A stretch of DNA of 64,000 bases from Entomortierella parvispora E1425. Lineage: Eukaryota > Fungi > Mortierellomycota. Under the pieces are notes generated by a model. The model saw only the letters and a list, made by a program, of their open reading frames with translations. It ran no database searches and was not told the DNA's origin. The stretch is from the NCBI GenBank assembly GCA_020891255.1, contig BQFW01000001.1, forward strand, positions 496,001 through 560,000, written 5' to 3'. Numbering within the stretch: the stretch's first letter is position 1; every line of letters starts with the position of its first letter. Below, in pieces: positions 22,854 through 35,081 of the stretch. Position numbers and translations under genes: made by a program.

Positions 22854-24330
22854 GTATTGGGGTACCCCATTCCCGTGAGCCAGAACATGTTGACCTTTTC
22901 ATTGATTCCTTGCTCATCAAAATCAAGACGTGTTTTCAAAATCCACTCTCAACGCAACCTCTCCGTACTAGGGAAAGGCACCATCACAAACTCATTGGCC
23001 CTTTCCACCCTCTGGCACGTCTTATGGATCTTTCAACCAAACAAAGGATGGCTAGCAAGGCTAAGAAAGGAAGTAACCAAGTTCATGTGCATACACAAAC
23101 CCCAACCGTCGTGGTTCATCATCTGCACACCTCGCAACATGGGCGGGCTCGGAGTAACAGATCCAAAGGTGCAATCTGCAGCCTTCCAGCTCAAGCATCT
23201 TCGACTCTGCTTGTCCCCCACTCCACGACTTGGACACGAAGTGCTTCTCGGACTACTGATGGCAATACTCCGAGATGACACACTCACTCTCGGCCTTGCT
23301 TCAGCCCCTCTCAAGAACCACGGTCACAGCCATGGGACGAATTACCAGTCTCGGGTACCTCATCAAGGCTGCGAAGGAGCTTCCTTGGATCTCGCTCGGG
23401 GCAGAGCAAGCTGCTGACTGCTTCCCGTCAGCTGATACCCTTCTGGCTACACCGATGGAGTGGTGCATTCGCTGGGTCAATCATCCTCCTGGACCCCGCA
23501 GTCCCCCATTGGCCTTCCGCATGGGAGAGGTATTCTCCTTCAACGCCGACACACGCCTATTGGACTGGCGGAAGGACCTGGAAACCCACCAAGGGATTTT
23601 AGGTAGCACGGAACCCCTTCAGATTCACGCCTGACGTCTACCAAGCAAGACGAACTCCTATCCTCCCTGCTGGGGATGATCTCTCTCAACGCATCCTCGC
23701 TACCCCGCTGGAAGCAGGTCAACAAGGACCGGCACTAAGGCTGGATTCGGTCAATGCCAAAGCTATTCGCCTCTTTCTCCAGTCCCCTCCGACAGTTAAC
23801 AATCGCCATGGCACAGCAGCACAATGGACGAAGTTCTGGAAGGCACACATACCACACAACGCAAGAACTATTTGGTGGAGGGCTTTACATGAGAAAATAC
23901 CCACCGGAGTCCTAAAAAACAGAATCTGGAGGATCCCTGGGGAAGAGCCGCCTTCGACCAGATGCCCAATCTGTGACCACGTGCAAGAGGACTTTCCACA
24001 CTTCTTTTTCCTCTGCCCTTCAAAGAGAGAAGTCTGGGAAACAACGCTCGCAGAATATACCACCAAACCCCAATGTACAGACGAAGAGTTCCGCTCCCTA
24101 ACCGCCCTCGACTGCCGTCTCATCCGCCCCAAACAACAATTTAACATCACCTCTATTCAGATCGCAGCCAGCATCCCCCTGTCGACCTGGGGCCTTCACT
24201 GGGCTTTCATCTTTGACGAGGTCCCGATCTCAGCCGTGGCTGGTCTTTCAGTTGCTAGGCGCCACATCTACATTCTGATGGCACAGAATAACTATCGCAA
24301 AGAAAATTTTAATGAAAGTGTTGTTGAACC
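22854..24330 (+). mobile_element. Decayed L1/Tx1-like LINE, 3' part (post-RT region and CCHC knuckle), truncated at the CRN copy 2 junction
   Basis: RNLSVLGKGTITNSLALSTLWHVL, GGLGVTD, CPICDHVQEDFPHFFFLC; no poly(A); frame runs directly into the CRN duplicated segment at 24331. Confidence 0.85.
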
Positions 24331-24341
24331 AGTGATTGAGA

Positions 24342-27300
24342 TTACATCCTTATCTTTTTGAGACTTTTCGCTTCCAGCGTGCCCAAAGCATGCCGCTTTA
24401 TCGGACCTTTGATCCCATTGAGGAAGTCAACATGACTCTGTGGGAAGATCTCGCTAATATTACCCTTGTCAATTATGACTGTCACCTGTTTCAGACGCTT
24501 GTGCTTCGGATCAGGTCGGGGACGCAGATTGTATACGGGGTCAGGTCGGGGACGCAATTTGGCAACCACCGTGGCAGGATACGCAATGATCATACTGATA
24601 TACGTGTTGTCGGTGGGGCAGAAACTACCGAGATCCTTCACGTGGTTCTCAATGTTATGAGCAGACACTGTCTTGAGAGCTGACTTGACAGCCGCTGTGA
24701 CCATTATCTGGCGCAGTTTCAGCTGAGCAAAGACAGGGAACAGTTTCTCCTTAACCCTAATGTAAAAAGACAACGTCGGGGCCTGAGGGCTTGGCCTTGG
24801 GGAAGAAGAACGGAGGGACGGCGCGGCCATTATGCATCGATCCGTTATTGACATGGGCGCTCATAAATTCCTTCATCTGGATGTGCTCGTGTGATATCCC
24901 ACACTGAAGTCCCTGCTCGTCCAGACCGACAATCGTCGCATTCCCGTCGAGCGCCGAACACTGAGAGGAAATCGAGGGGTTGTGTGGCCAATCCGAAAGA
25001 GCGCGAGTCTTGAAAGTCTCAATAAAGACGTTCATCATCATGAGCTCCCAGGCAAATCCGTGGACTGAAGCGTTATTCGACCGCTGCATCCATTGATCCA
25101 TCGTCTTTATAAACCCTGCATCTCGAGCTCTCACATAGTTTTCGGCGGCTTTCATGGCGAATGGTTCATCAAGAACTGTTCTTGCTGCTCCGTCTACAAT
25201 CTTGATGCGGCCGAAAGCGCGTTCTACCAGCTCCGGGATTGCATCCTGAAGAACCAGGCTGTCAGCCCCGAACATGTATCGCTGGAAGAGAAGTAGACCA
25301 AGCACCTCCTCCACCGTACAAAGTTCTTGGAAGACGTCCAAGTTCTTGCGGTATTTGTCCTCGAGGCGAATAATCTCATGGATAAGATTCCCGTGCTCCC
25401 TTCGTTGCTCCCAAGACACAAGTCTGGCCTCCGTATATTCGATAGCCTGTTTCCAGAATCCAGGGGTTCCATTCGAAATGATGGTCTCTATCGCTGTCAC
25501 GATAGGTCGAAACCTACCGACCAACGTCTTCAACAACAGATCTCTCGCCTCTGGTGGCAGAAGGTCGTCCAACGCCAGCCTCGCATCCTCTGTCAGTAGT
25601 TGGTTTCGAACGCTCGCAATGTAGGTATCAACTGACTCTCGATTAGTCCATCCCATAAACTCCATATAATCGAATGCGCCCGGCACATGTTTCATTCCAG
25701 AGCTTCGTGCCCAGTTGAGAATATAAATGCTGAGCCCTGTCCCGGACGTTAAAATGGTGAGATCGCTTACGCTCTCAATATTCCCAAACCCAGAGAGAAT
25801 CGGAGACAAAAGCGGTCGATCAACCTTGGTTCCAGAAAGCGACTCGAAATGTCCAACGTGGTCCTCCCCCAGGATCTGCGCCTCATCGAGAACAACAAAA
25901 AGCCTGGTATCGACAAGGAATTGCGGCGCGCCTCCATGCATAATAAGATATGCTCGTGTGTTCTGAAGAGCCTGGCGAACGATATCCATCAGAGCGGGCT
26001 CGTCCTCAACGGATCTCTGGTACAGCGGGAGTAATCTCTGGAACAGTTTCTCGAAGACATCCATGAACATATGAGGACAAGCTTGCAGAAGCGTCCACCT
26101 CGCGGATGTAAATGACTGGGAGCCATCAACTCGGAGGCAGAACTGGAGAATCAAGAGCCGGGATAGAAAGAGCAGGTAGGTCATCGTTCTTGCGGAGCGG
26201 TTGTTCGCACCGCGGTTCGTCCCCAGACGGGATCCAACCTGCGCCAGAAGAGTGCTCATGTCATCTGAACCTAGATCCTCCCCTGATGCATTAAAGTAGA
26301 ATCCCCAATGGCGCGACAGAAGCTCTATCAAGCCACGGGTTTTTCCACATCCCGACACCCCGAATATCGGTACGTTTCCTGGACATCTTTTGATGAGATC
26401 CAAGATGGCGTCCGAGGTGAGTTCCTTCGACGGTTCACGGCTGGTAGAGGGGTCAGGTAGGTCCAGAAAGAGCAGACTAGGGTGCTTATCATCTCGGGCT
26501 TGCTGATTTCGTAGCCACACTCTTGGTAAGCCAGCAAAACTTCCCGTTGTGCGCGGAAGACTTTCATGACCTTGTACAAATCGCGTAAGAAATCTAACCA
26601 CTTCTGTCTCACGTGCGAAAAACCTTTCTGTGATCTTCTTGATGTCAATTCTGAGGTCACCTAGTTACATGACAAAGGAAGGTGTAAAGATCTAGTCTAC
26701 AAAAGGTGCAGAGCAAACGGGCATGATGACACTCACCAGACAGCGGGGAATCAGGACGCAAATCTTCAGAGAAAGGCGGTGCATGGACTATGATGGTGCA
26801 AAGAGATGGGAGCTTCAAGTTAGAGCATGGGGAAGACTTGAGACGCAAACAGCAATAAATGCGCGTGTGAATCACAAACAAGCTTATTTCACATGATGAC
26901 CACAGCAGGAGCAACAATTGCAGTTGGAGAAAGGCAGAGCTGCATATAGCCTTTCACAAACAAGATAATGCGAGTGAGAATGAAGCCTGTTGCATTACCT
27001 TGAGAGGGTAGTTGGACAATGATGTGGATGGTTTTCTCGGGCGGTTGTACTGAAAAGACGCGAGAGATCTTGTCGCTCTCATCAAGCTCCTCCTTCGACG
27101 GGACTTTATCGAGCAAGATTTCCCTGCGGTCCTTCTTGGGCAAAAGAGGAATCGAGACCTTCCAGAGCGTAAGTTGTTCTGGTGCAATACCAGGAAACCG
27201 AGCTGGCGTACAGATGAGCTGCTTGAGATGGTCCACCGTTTTTGTCGGCAATATGTCGGCAGAGAATGTCGTTGATCGACCATCAACAACACAGCATAGG

Positions 27301-27509
27301 CTTATTTCACTGTTAGGAATGAGGCTGTCAGTGCTGTCGGCCATGGTGCTGTCGGTCATGGCGGATAGAGAGATGGCTGGTTGCGAGGATGAGTCCACTG
27401 GGAAAGAACGGCTCGTAGAACTCTGTGGTTGGTTCGTCGAGCTTCCTGATGATCTCAGTAGGAGGTTGCTGCTTGATTTCGCTTTCGCTTTGCCTTTGTT
27501 CTTTGCCAC
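24342..27509 (-). pseudogene. CRN: Crinkler (CRN) copy 2, near-identical to copy 1; +1 frameshift in the REase domain and ATG->GTG at the first start
   Basis: 24331-27783 aligns to 5093-8453; A5 at 24764-24768 versus A4 at 5526-5529 shifts the frame at PDVVF (may be a homopolymer sequencing error); GTG at 27509, alternative ATG at 27359. Confidence 0.8.
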
Positions 27510-27601
27510 TGTGGAGAGAATGCTTCGAGCGAATGTTGCAAGTGGCGGATAAATGAATCTTTGAGCAACAGGTTGATTGTTTATTTGTGATTGAGAGAGA
27601 A

Positions 27602-27744
27602 AGAGTGATGGAGGTAAGAGTGATGGAGAAAGGAGTGATAGAGGAAGGAGTGATAGAGGAAGGAGTGTGGAAAGGAAGGAGTGATGGAGGAAGGAGTGAT
27701 GGAGGAAGAGTGATGGAGGAAGGAGTGTGGAAGGGAGTGATGGA
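27602..27744. repeat. Degenerate ~15-bp minisatellite (GGAGTGATGGAGGAA)n upstream of CRN copy 2 (~10 units; ~4 units at 8362-8414 in copy 1)
   Basis: Direct reading of the tandem units. Confidence 0.85.
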
Positions 27745-27843
27745 TGTACATGGGAAAGCAGGATAATCCACGCCATAATTACGTCAGCGAAATACGCGTT
27801 CCTTCTTCCTCGCCCACTATGCTCCCCACGCTCGGTGTGCACC

Positions 27844-28023
27844 ATCAGTTTCTACAAGACAGCCAACGAGGTGGACTTGAAGAAGCTGATGAACAGTGTC
27901 TGCAAGGAGATGGAACGGCGAAGCGAGGAAGAGGTTCCTCTCGCATCAAACCTAAGGTCCAATGAAGCCCTTGTCCAAGATCCAACCTCCGCCCTATATC
28001 TTCCTGTCCTAGGCGAAAAATAG
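27844..28023 (+). pseudogene. BRN1: Fragment of condensin kleisin C-terminal region, copy 2
   Basis: ISFYKTANEVDLKKLMNSVCKEM resembles xSFSKTAKKVDMKKLKDNIWKEM of the other two copies. Confidence 0.5.
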
Positions 28024-29189
28024 TGCACATAAAGCCAGATGTGGTGCGAGGATCGAAAGACTCTAGGAGTCCATCCTATCCTCCTCTGCAGACTGGAGTG
28101 TACTTTTATCTATTTTGATGATCAGGATTTATGTACATGTACAGTACAAGGGGTTGGTCCCGGCAGAGATACTGTATCACCATTTGCTTTTTTGTCGTCA
28201 GCAGATCAATCCTCCTTTCAGTCAGCCAGAGGAGCTGCTTGTCGATGGGTAATACCCACGGGTTGAAGATGTGCGGGAACTCGTAGTCTTGTAGTTTTCT
28301 TGAAGAGCATCCAGAAAGAATAAGACTGCATCTACCAGTTGAACATGGAATATCTCTGTAGAAGGCCAAGACGTACTTGAGCAGCAATGTTGACTAGCAA
28401 AAAGTCTTCCTCTTCACCTGCGGCTAGATGTATTGTGTTCCCCTCGTCGAGGAGCATTGATTCTTGTCGCTTCGTCAAAGATTAGCGATTTTTGCTCGAC
28501 AATCCATGGATCTATCAGTCTTTTTGCGGTCGTCCACCTGCAGTTGGCTAACAGTAATGTCTACTAGTAAAAAGTCATTTCTTTCACCTGGGACTCGTCT
28601 AGAAGAATCGATCTAGCTCATAATATCAAATATCTGTGTTTTTCTCTCTGCTCGTCAAAAAACAGCCGGTTCATACAGTAGATTCACTGGCTCGGTCCAC
28701 TTGCGGTTGTCAGTTTTTTTTTTGACTAGCTGGGCAAAAAGAAAGGACCCTCGATTTCATAACATGAGTGCTGATGAAAGGACGCGAATATTCAATGATC
28801 ACGTGATATTTCGATCGATCGCCGTTCGACTTCCACTTCGCCTCACATCGCATTGTCCTCCACTCGCTTACATCCATCCACCCTCTTTCTCTCAGTTTCG
28901 TGCAATGAAATCGAGGAAGGTGAATACCTCACACTGAAACTGCCACATTCTTGCCGAGCAATCCAGTCATTCGCATTGGAGAACATGGGGTCCCAGTTAG
29001 CTTGGGGAAGTAATGACCATGTTTCGTTGGGTAATGTCCATGACTGCATGCTTCTCCCAGCTCAGTGTTGCTTGGTCTGCTATTACTCTTTTGTTTCATT
29101 CACTTGTTCAAGGCAGATCTGCTTTTCTTTCCTCCTGATTGCTTGATGTATGTTGTCTTATTGTCCACGGACACTGTACACACGAGGCC

Positions 29190-29769
29190 AATATATTGAC
29201 AGATATTCAGCGACAGTGTATTCAAGGGCAAACAGGATTGACAGATACTCAGGAACAAACTAGTTCGACAGTAATACAGGGACAAACAACTTCGATCGGG
29301 ACAAGGGGCTGTCCAAGATGATCAAGGAAGACCAGAAGGCATTCCCAACCCAGCCAAGCCGATAATTGTCGAAGGCCAATCAGGACCAACAGCCGTACAG
29401 ATCCAATCAGGGCCAATGGCCGCAGGCACTCAGGTACAAAGACAAATAGGGCCGATTGTCATTCAGGGGCAAATGGGACCGACAGCTGTTCAAGTTCAAA
29501 CGGAACCGGCAGCTCAAGAGCAATCAGAAGGAACATACATTCAGGAACAAACCGGGTCGATGGTCATTCAGGGGCAAACGGGACCAACCGCCATCCAGAC
29601 TCAGGCAGAACCAACACAAACAATCTCAGCCAACATTGAACAACAGGAAGAAGAATGCGAAGAGGTTGAACGTATATACTCTGCTTCAAAACGAGCTGGA
29701 CTCTCACTCAACTCTGCGCCAAAGAGGGCTATCATGGCAAGAGGCGGAAATGATAGTCAAACCGACTGA
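29190..29769 (+). repeat. Degenerate coding-like repeat (IQGQTGPTAV)n, interrupted by a stop; remnant of an unknown Q/T/G-rich protein
   Basis: IQGQTGLTD, IQGQTTSIG, IQGQMGPTAV, IQEQTGSMV, IQGQTGPTAI in ORFs 29139-29321 and 29416-29769. Confidence 0.55.
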
Positions 29770-30871
29770 GGTGGACGGCAGGGGGGTCAAGAAGGCAACA
29801 CTTTACCTTGGATGTAATTGCCTTCGAGTTCGCCTATAGTCCCAGGAAAGACAATGCCAACTTCGGAAGAGGAACAAACAAGGACCAGGAGTATGATGAC
29901 CAATGCAACAAAAGCGCATCGGCCATCCTAACACTTGCATCTTCGTCAACAATGACCTTGCCGTCAATGACTTTGCCTACTTCAACGTAGCCGCTTGGAT
30001 CTACTTTGATGCCTATTATTCATAAAGCTGTATCTTTACCACCAATCGCCCACTCTTCTATAATGGGGCATCACAGGCGATCAGCTCTGATGAGCTCCAT
30101 TCGCCAGATGCTCCCTGGAGCTGATATATTATGCTTTCCAACCAGGCGACTCTCCCGGCGTTTTGGATGAAAAGGTCTTCTTTCCCGCATCCCCATAGGT
30201 CAGGCAAACGGACAAAAGTGCCTTCAGGAAACATATCTTGGAACACAAATATGAGCAAGTTAGAGTAGTCTAATAACTCTCAAGATTGACGTCAAGGAGA
30301 AGGAACCGAGTAGGAAGACCCTTGTCGTCTGCAAACTGTCATCAAGAAGGGTAAGTTTTGAATACTGGACGACTTGGTTCGAACTTGTTTGCTGGCTCTT
30401 TTTCTCACAGCTCTTGAATGAATGGCCTGTCTCCTTTCTTCAAAGGCCAAGACAATTACGTTTTTGATCCTTTGAGTTGAACGGCCCTCCTTCGGCTTTT
30501 GTGCAGCTTGATTCTTGTTGGAAAGTAGGAAAAAAAAACTGTTTTCAAAAGAGATCCAAAACGTGGTTGTCTTTGATAAGCAAGAAAGGAGGCAGGCCAA
30601 TGCTCCTATCAAAAAAAAGTCGGTTCGGAAAACGAGGTCCTTGTACTCGTTAAACAAGAAAAGCAAGTGGACATAAGGAAGCGACAAGAAGGCAAAGAGA
30701 TCCCATCCACCGCCCCTCCCCCAAGCAAGTTACAGGTAAGTTCACTCTCTACTGCAGAAAAGAAAAGAGCTGCCTGTTTTGCTTGTTTGTCGTCCTCCTA
30801 ACCTTCAGTCATCATTGCATCTGACACTACGTGACCTTTAGCCGCTTGCACTCCTGTACTTCCGACCAAAG

Positions 30872-31647
30872 ATGAAGTTACCGTCTCTCCTCATACCCGT
30901 GTTCCTGAGCACGCTATTTCTTTTGGTATGTCTTTCTCTCTCCCTTTTTTTTTTTTTTTTTTTTTTGGGGGGGGGCCAAGTACCGTGCACTAATGTCTTC
31001 CTGTATCATTCCATTTTCAACTTCGTTCTTTGATTTTGTACATGCAGGCACTGTTTCATGTCTGGAGGGGAGCTCACGCAGTTCCAGACGGGTGTTAAGC
31101 CACTCGTTGTCTTTGGTTGAACGCCCCGACGATGGGAAGATTGACTGACATTCACATCAATCTGACTTTTAAAAGCCAAAGCATCAGGGCTTTACTGGCT
31201 AGCTCACGCTATCAAAAGCTGTTCAACGATGAGGCCTGGACAGAATTCCTTCAAGTGAACCTCCCCTTTTACCGGTCGCCGATGTTAGAGCCTTGGAAGA
31301 AGAATGCAATTCTCCAGTATGTAACGGCCGTATTTTTTGCAGGTTGTATTCTCTATAACAAAAGAGCACAAGAAGCAGTGCATGCAAACACCATCGAACC
31401 TTGTAGCCGAGGTGTGGACACCGACATTCACTCGGAAAAAAAAAATCAGCTGCGGATGCGATGCAAGGACGCACTCCTAGTCCCGAGGTGGCGACGGGTT
31501 ATACAAGTCCGTCCTTCCGATCATGATGTCATGATGCCTTTGACATCCGAATCCGACTCGTTCTTGGATGCACAAACTTCAACCTCCTTGTTACCTCGGT
31601 ATCACGACGGGACGCCCGCCCTGCACCTTTGGGCGGCGTGTTTGTAG
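30872..31647 (+). pseudogene. Possible decayed gene for a secreted or membrane-anchored protein of unknown family
   Basis: MKLPSLLIPVFLSTLFLL followed by GTATGT donor, poly-T intron and CAG acceptor; spliced frame continues through one TAA (31096) into the 31117-31647 ORF. Confidence 0.3.
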
Positions 31648-31841
31648 AAGGTAGCAGTTGGCAAGGGCTTGGTGACAACATTTTCCCAAAAGACACTACA
31701 GTGTTCCTCAGCTCCAAGAGAAGTACAAGAAGACACATACACACGCAGTGAATCGTTGAATAAAGCAAAAAAAAAAAAAAAAGGACAAGGGCCATGAGCA
31801 AATCTGCTATCCTTTATTCAGACAGAAACAATGCTTCTTTG

Positions 31842-32281
31842 TAGGGATTGGGATTGGAACCGGTCCGCGGTGCACCGTGGCTCGTCTTTTTTTTCTGAAA
31901 CCGGTGCACCGAAGTCAAAATTTGGGAACCAACGGTTCTCGCTCTGGCGGACTCTTTTTTTTTCTATCCCCTCCACGTCGGTAGTATCAGAAAGATTGTT
32001 CAGTTTCTCGGGAGGGGTGGCCACTGAAAAAAGCAATCGTTTGGCGGTCAATGCTGTCAGCGATATTGTTTTCTCGCACTATGCTCTTAAGTTTTTGAGC
32101 TCTTACCACTCCCCATAGCAGCTTTCCGTTAGTAAAAAAACACTCAAAAACACTCAAAAACACATAAGCCACCAAGGAGAGATTCAAAGGACTCAAAGGA
32201 GAACCGACTCGGTGCACTGGTTCTTTTTTTGTGCGTGCCACGGTGCACCGGCTCGTCTTTTGGGGTCGGTTCCAGTCACTA
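31842..32281 (+). mobile_element. Non-autonomous hAT element (440 bp, internal deletion derivative) retaining the transposase dimerisation-domain 3' end
   Basis: Perfect 8-bp TSD CTTCTTTG at 31834-31841 and 32282-32289; imperfect TIRs (TAGGGATT..GGAACCG / CGGTTCCAGTCACTA); subterminal CGGTGCAC repeats; SIPSTSVVSERLFSFSGGVATEKSNRL matches the hAT C-terminal motif. Confidence 0.9.
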
Positions 32282-34115
32282 CTTCTTTGAACAATTTTGT
32301 TTTTGTCTGATATTTGCGCCGAGAAATGTCGTGCGATTTCCGACAGGATTCGTTCTGCCTCAGGGTTGGTGCAGATGTTGAGAGTTCCTTGCACGGAAAA
32401 CAGTCGAGGCAACGACCGTAGGAGCAGACCGGCCGTTGTGTCCGTTTCGTGCTCTACCTTCAGGCCATTCAGGCAGAGAATTGGCCCAGTGTCGCAGAGA
32501 CACTAGGCCACTTCCTTTCTTCGAGCCAAGAGACTGGAAAACAGAAAAAAGCTGTTTTCCAAAGAGAATCAATAAGGGATTTACTTCGAGACACAGGAAA
32601 GGAGGCCGGCTCTTAACGTCCTTGTTTGCCTTTTCATTCCACTCTAACCAGAATTGACCCAGGTGTGCCTTTTGGAAGTCGGTCGATGCATTTCGAAGAC
32701 GGGCCCATCCTGATCGTTTCAACCTTGCTATCCGATACCGCTAAGTTCTGGATGACAGCCGCCTCTTGGTCGTTAAAGCCAAATGCAACATTTGCCGAAT
32801 CTTGCAAGACGAAACAAACCCCAATCGTTTTTAGAGCTGCAGGTCGCCCTGCAAGGCCCAGCTATCTTGCCATACATAATCTCGTGGTCGTTAGACTTCA
32901 CGACAATATCTGGTCGGTCCGGTTGGAGACCTTAGAGCTTTTGGACTTGGGACTCTGTATTTGGACTAAATGATAAATCGAAATAGGTATTAATACATGA
33001 AGACGAGAAATCCTATTTAAGCGATACCTTAGAAAACAACCATACAGACACAGAGAAACTTCTTACTAATGCACGTTTGTTCTCCAGTCGATCCTGAGTT
33101 GCGAAAAAAAAAATTCGTCATCGTCGACGTGCACGTCATCAGCCTCCTCCTCCAGGTCGTCTGGGTCAACCTCTTTGACACACACAACGCTACCATTGTC
33201 ATCGCCAGGTCTATCGACAACGTCTTGAAGACCGCGTGCTGAAACCGCCATCGACGGCTTTTGGACCAGAGTCGCAGTCCTCGCGAGTACGGCCATTACG
33301 AATGTTAAAAGTGACATGTGCTCCGCCAGCATCAACTTTCAGTTCTTGCACAGTCCATTTTATACAAGGACATCCATTAGGGAGTGTGCAGCACGCTACG
33401 GGTGCCGTGGGTGGAAAAGGGGAAGAGCTTGAAGTATTGCTATGGCATGTGGATGAAAGATGTCAACGCGCTTTTTTTCAGCGCGTGGCGGGATTGAGAA
33501 CGATGTCACCGATCACGTGCACATTTCGATCGCATCCTAAAACCATCTTTCTCTTTCTCTCCTTCCCCTTCATTTCCCTCAACAAACAAGAGGTCTCAAC
33601 AAACAACAGCAAATAATGGACCAACAGACTTTGACCCAAAGGACGATTGTCGGAAACAGGACCGACCAGGGCAGGATTGGTGGCTCTTGACAGTGCATGT
33701 ACCTCCATCCTTCACTTTCGCAGTTAGGACATGGATGCACCCTCTGGATGCGATGGATGCGATTACAAAGATGAACGATGGGATGATGCCAAAGGGAACT
33801 CGATGCGGCATCGCCTATTAAATGAACGTGCCGTAAAGACACGGTCTCTCGTCCTATTGCCCGAGGACAACGATGGCCGAAGTAGTCTGAACAGCAACAA
33901 CAACAACACCGGCTGTCTGAATGCCATTGTGCATGGACGAACATGCCCAAGGGGAGCATGACCACGCCGAGGCGCCACCCGGTGGTCGAGGATGCATTTG
34001 AGGACTTGGGATGAGCAGATCGCATCTCAGCGTGCAGTTCCGGATCTGACGTTTGACGGATTAATAGGACCAGACCTGAACCCATAACAACTATGTCGAG
34101 GATTGCAACCGAGTG

Positions 34116-34684
34116 TATGAATTCCAGGACTAGGGATTCTTTGGATCAGGCGGAGCCGAGACCATTTCCAACAACACGTCTCCCAGACTTGGATTTGGAC
34201 TGGAAAGAAAGGACGATGGAAACGATTATGGCAGTCCATTAGTCTCTGAGCCTAGGATGTTCGAGGCGGCGTATCAGTTTCTCCAAGCGGCCAAGAAGGT
34301 GGACATGAAGAAGCTGAAGGACAATATCTGGGTGCCTGGAAGGAGAGAACGGCGCAATCGTTTAAGCGTCAACTTGGCAGTCAGGGTGATAACGAGCACA
34401 AGAAGTGTCGCAAAGAGGCGTAGAGGACAACGCTACAGAAGCAGGACATGAAAAAGAGGTGGACGACAACAACAACAATGATGGATCCGAGCAAAGACCT
34501 GCCGAGAAGTAGCAGCGGTTTATAGAGAACAGAGGGGGAAAACATGATGTATCTGAGACGGAAGGTAAATGATATCTCTGCGCCTCTCTGTTTCTTCTGT
34601 CTGCTGCATCTGGTAAGCGAGAAGATATTATCGATTGAAGATACGGAAAGTCGGTCCTAGATGGCGATCAAGCAGGAAGGATGA
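34116..34684 (+). pseudogene. BRN1: Condensin kleisin (Brn1/Cnd2/CAP-H) C-terminal pseudogene fragment, copy 3 (longest)
   Basis: DDGNDYGSPLVSEP...AAKKVDMKKLKDNIW and, at 34571, DISAPLCFFCLLHLVSEKILSIE, matching the kleisin C-terminal winged-helix motif (xSxxxxFxCLLHLANEKxL); internal stops and indels. Confidence 0.8.
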
Positions 34685-34749
34685 GATGGAGGGAACTAGG
34701 GATGGAGGTGCAATAAGAAATATAATAAAAACACAGATCTCCTGTTCTG

Positions 34750-34911
34750 TGGCCTCCAAGATTTTTCTCTGTGGAGCCCCTGGGCTAAACTTCTTCTGCT
34801 GAAGGTTCCATCTCGTCGCCAACATTGCACCTTGGTCTTGATGCAAGTCAATGGCCTTTCCGTCCTTTTTTTAAAGGCTGCAATGATAACGTCCGTGTAG
34901 TCTATCCACAA
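34750..34911 (-). pseudogene. Possible Myb/SANT-like DNA-binding domain remnant
   Basis: WIDYTDVIIAAFKKRTERPLT-IKTKV then frameshift to MLATRW; weak pattern only. Confidence 0.25.
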
Positions 34912-35081
34912 TTAGTATCAAGTCCCTGGTAATCTAAGCATCGAATTCTGCCTCCTGTATGTGATCTCTGGGTTGCAGAAACCTCTCGCCTTGTCCAATG
35001 ATGATAAAGGTCATTTCGCAGGAGAGGATAGAGTGCGTATAATCAATGTTTCCTGTGTATTTTGAGACAAGATTTGCAGTA

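Noticed and set aside
28260-28600. Short direct repeat (CTAG(C/T)AAAAAGTC...TTCACCTG) and broken minus-strand reading frames
   Set aside because: Only two imperfect copies; no interpretable product
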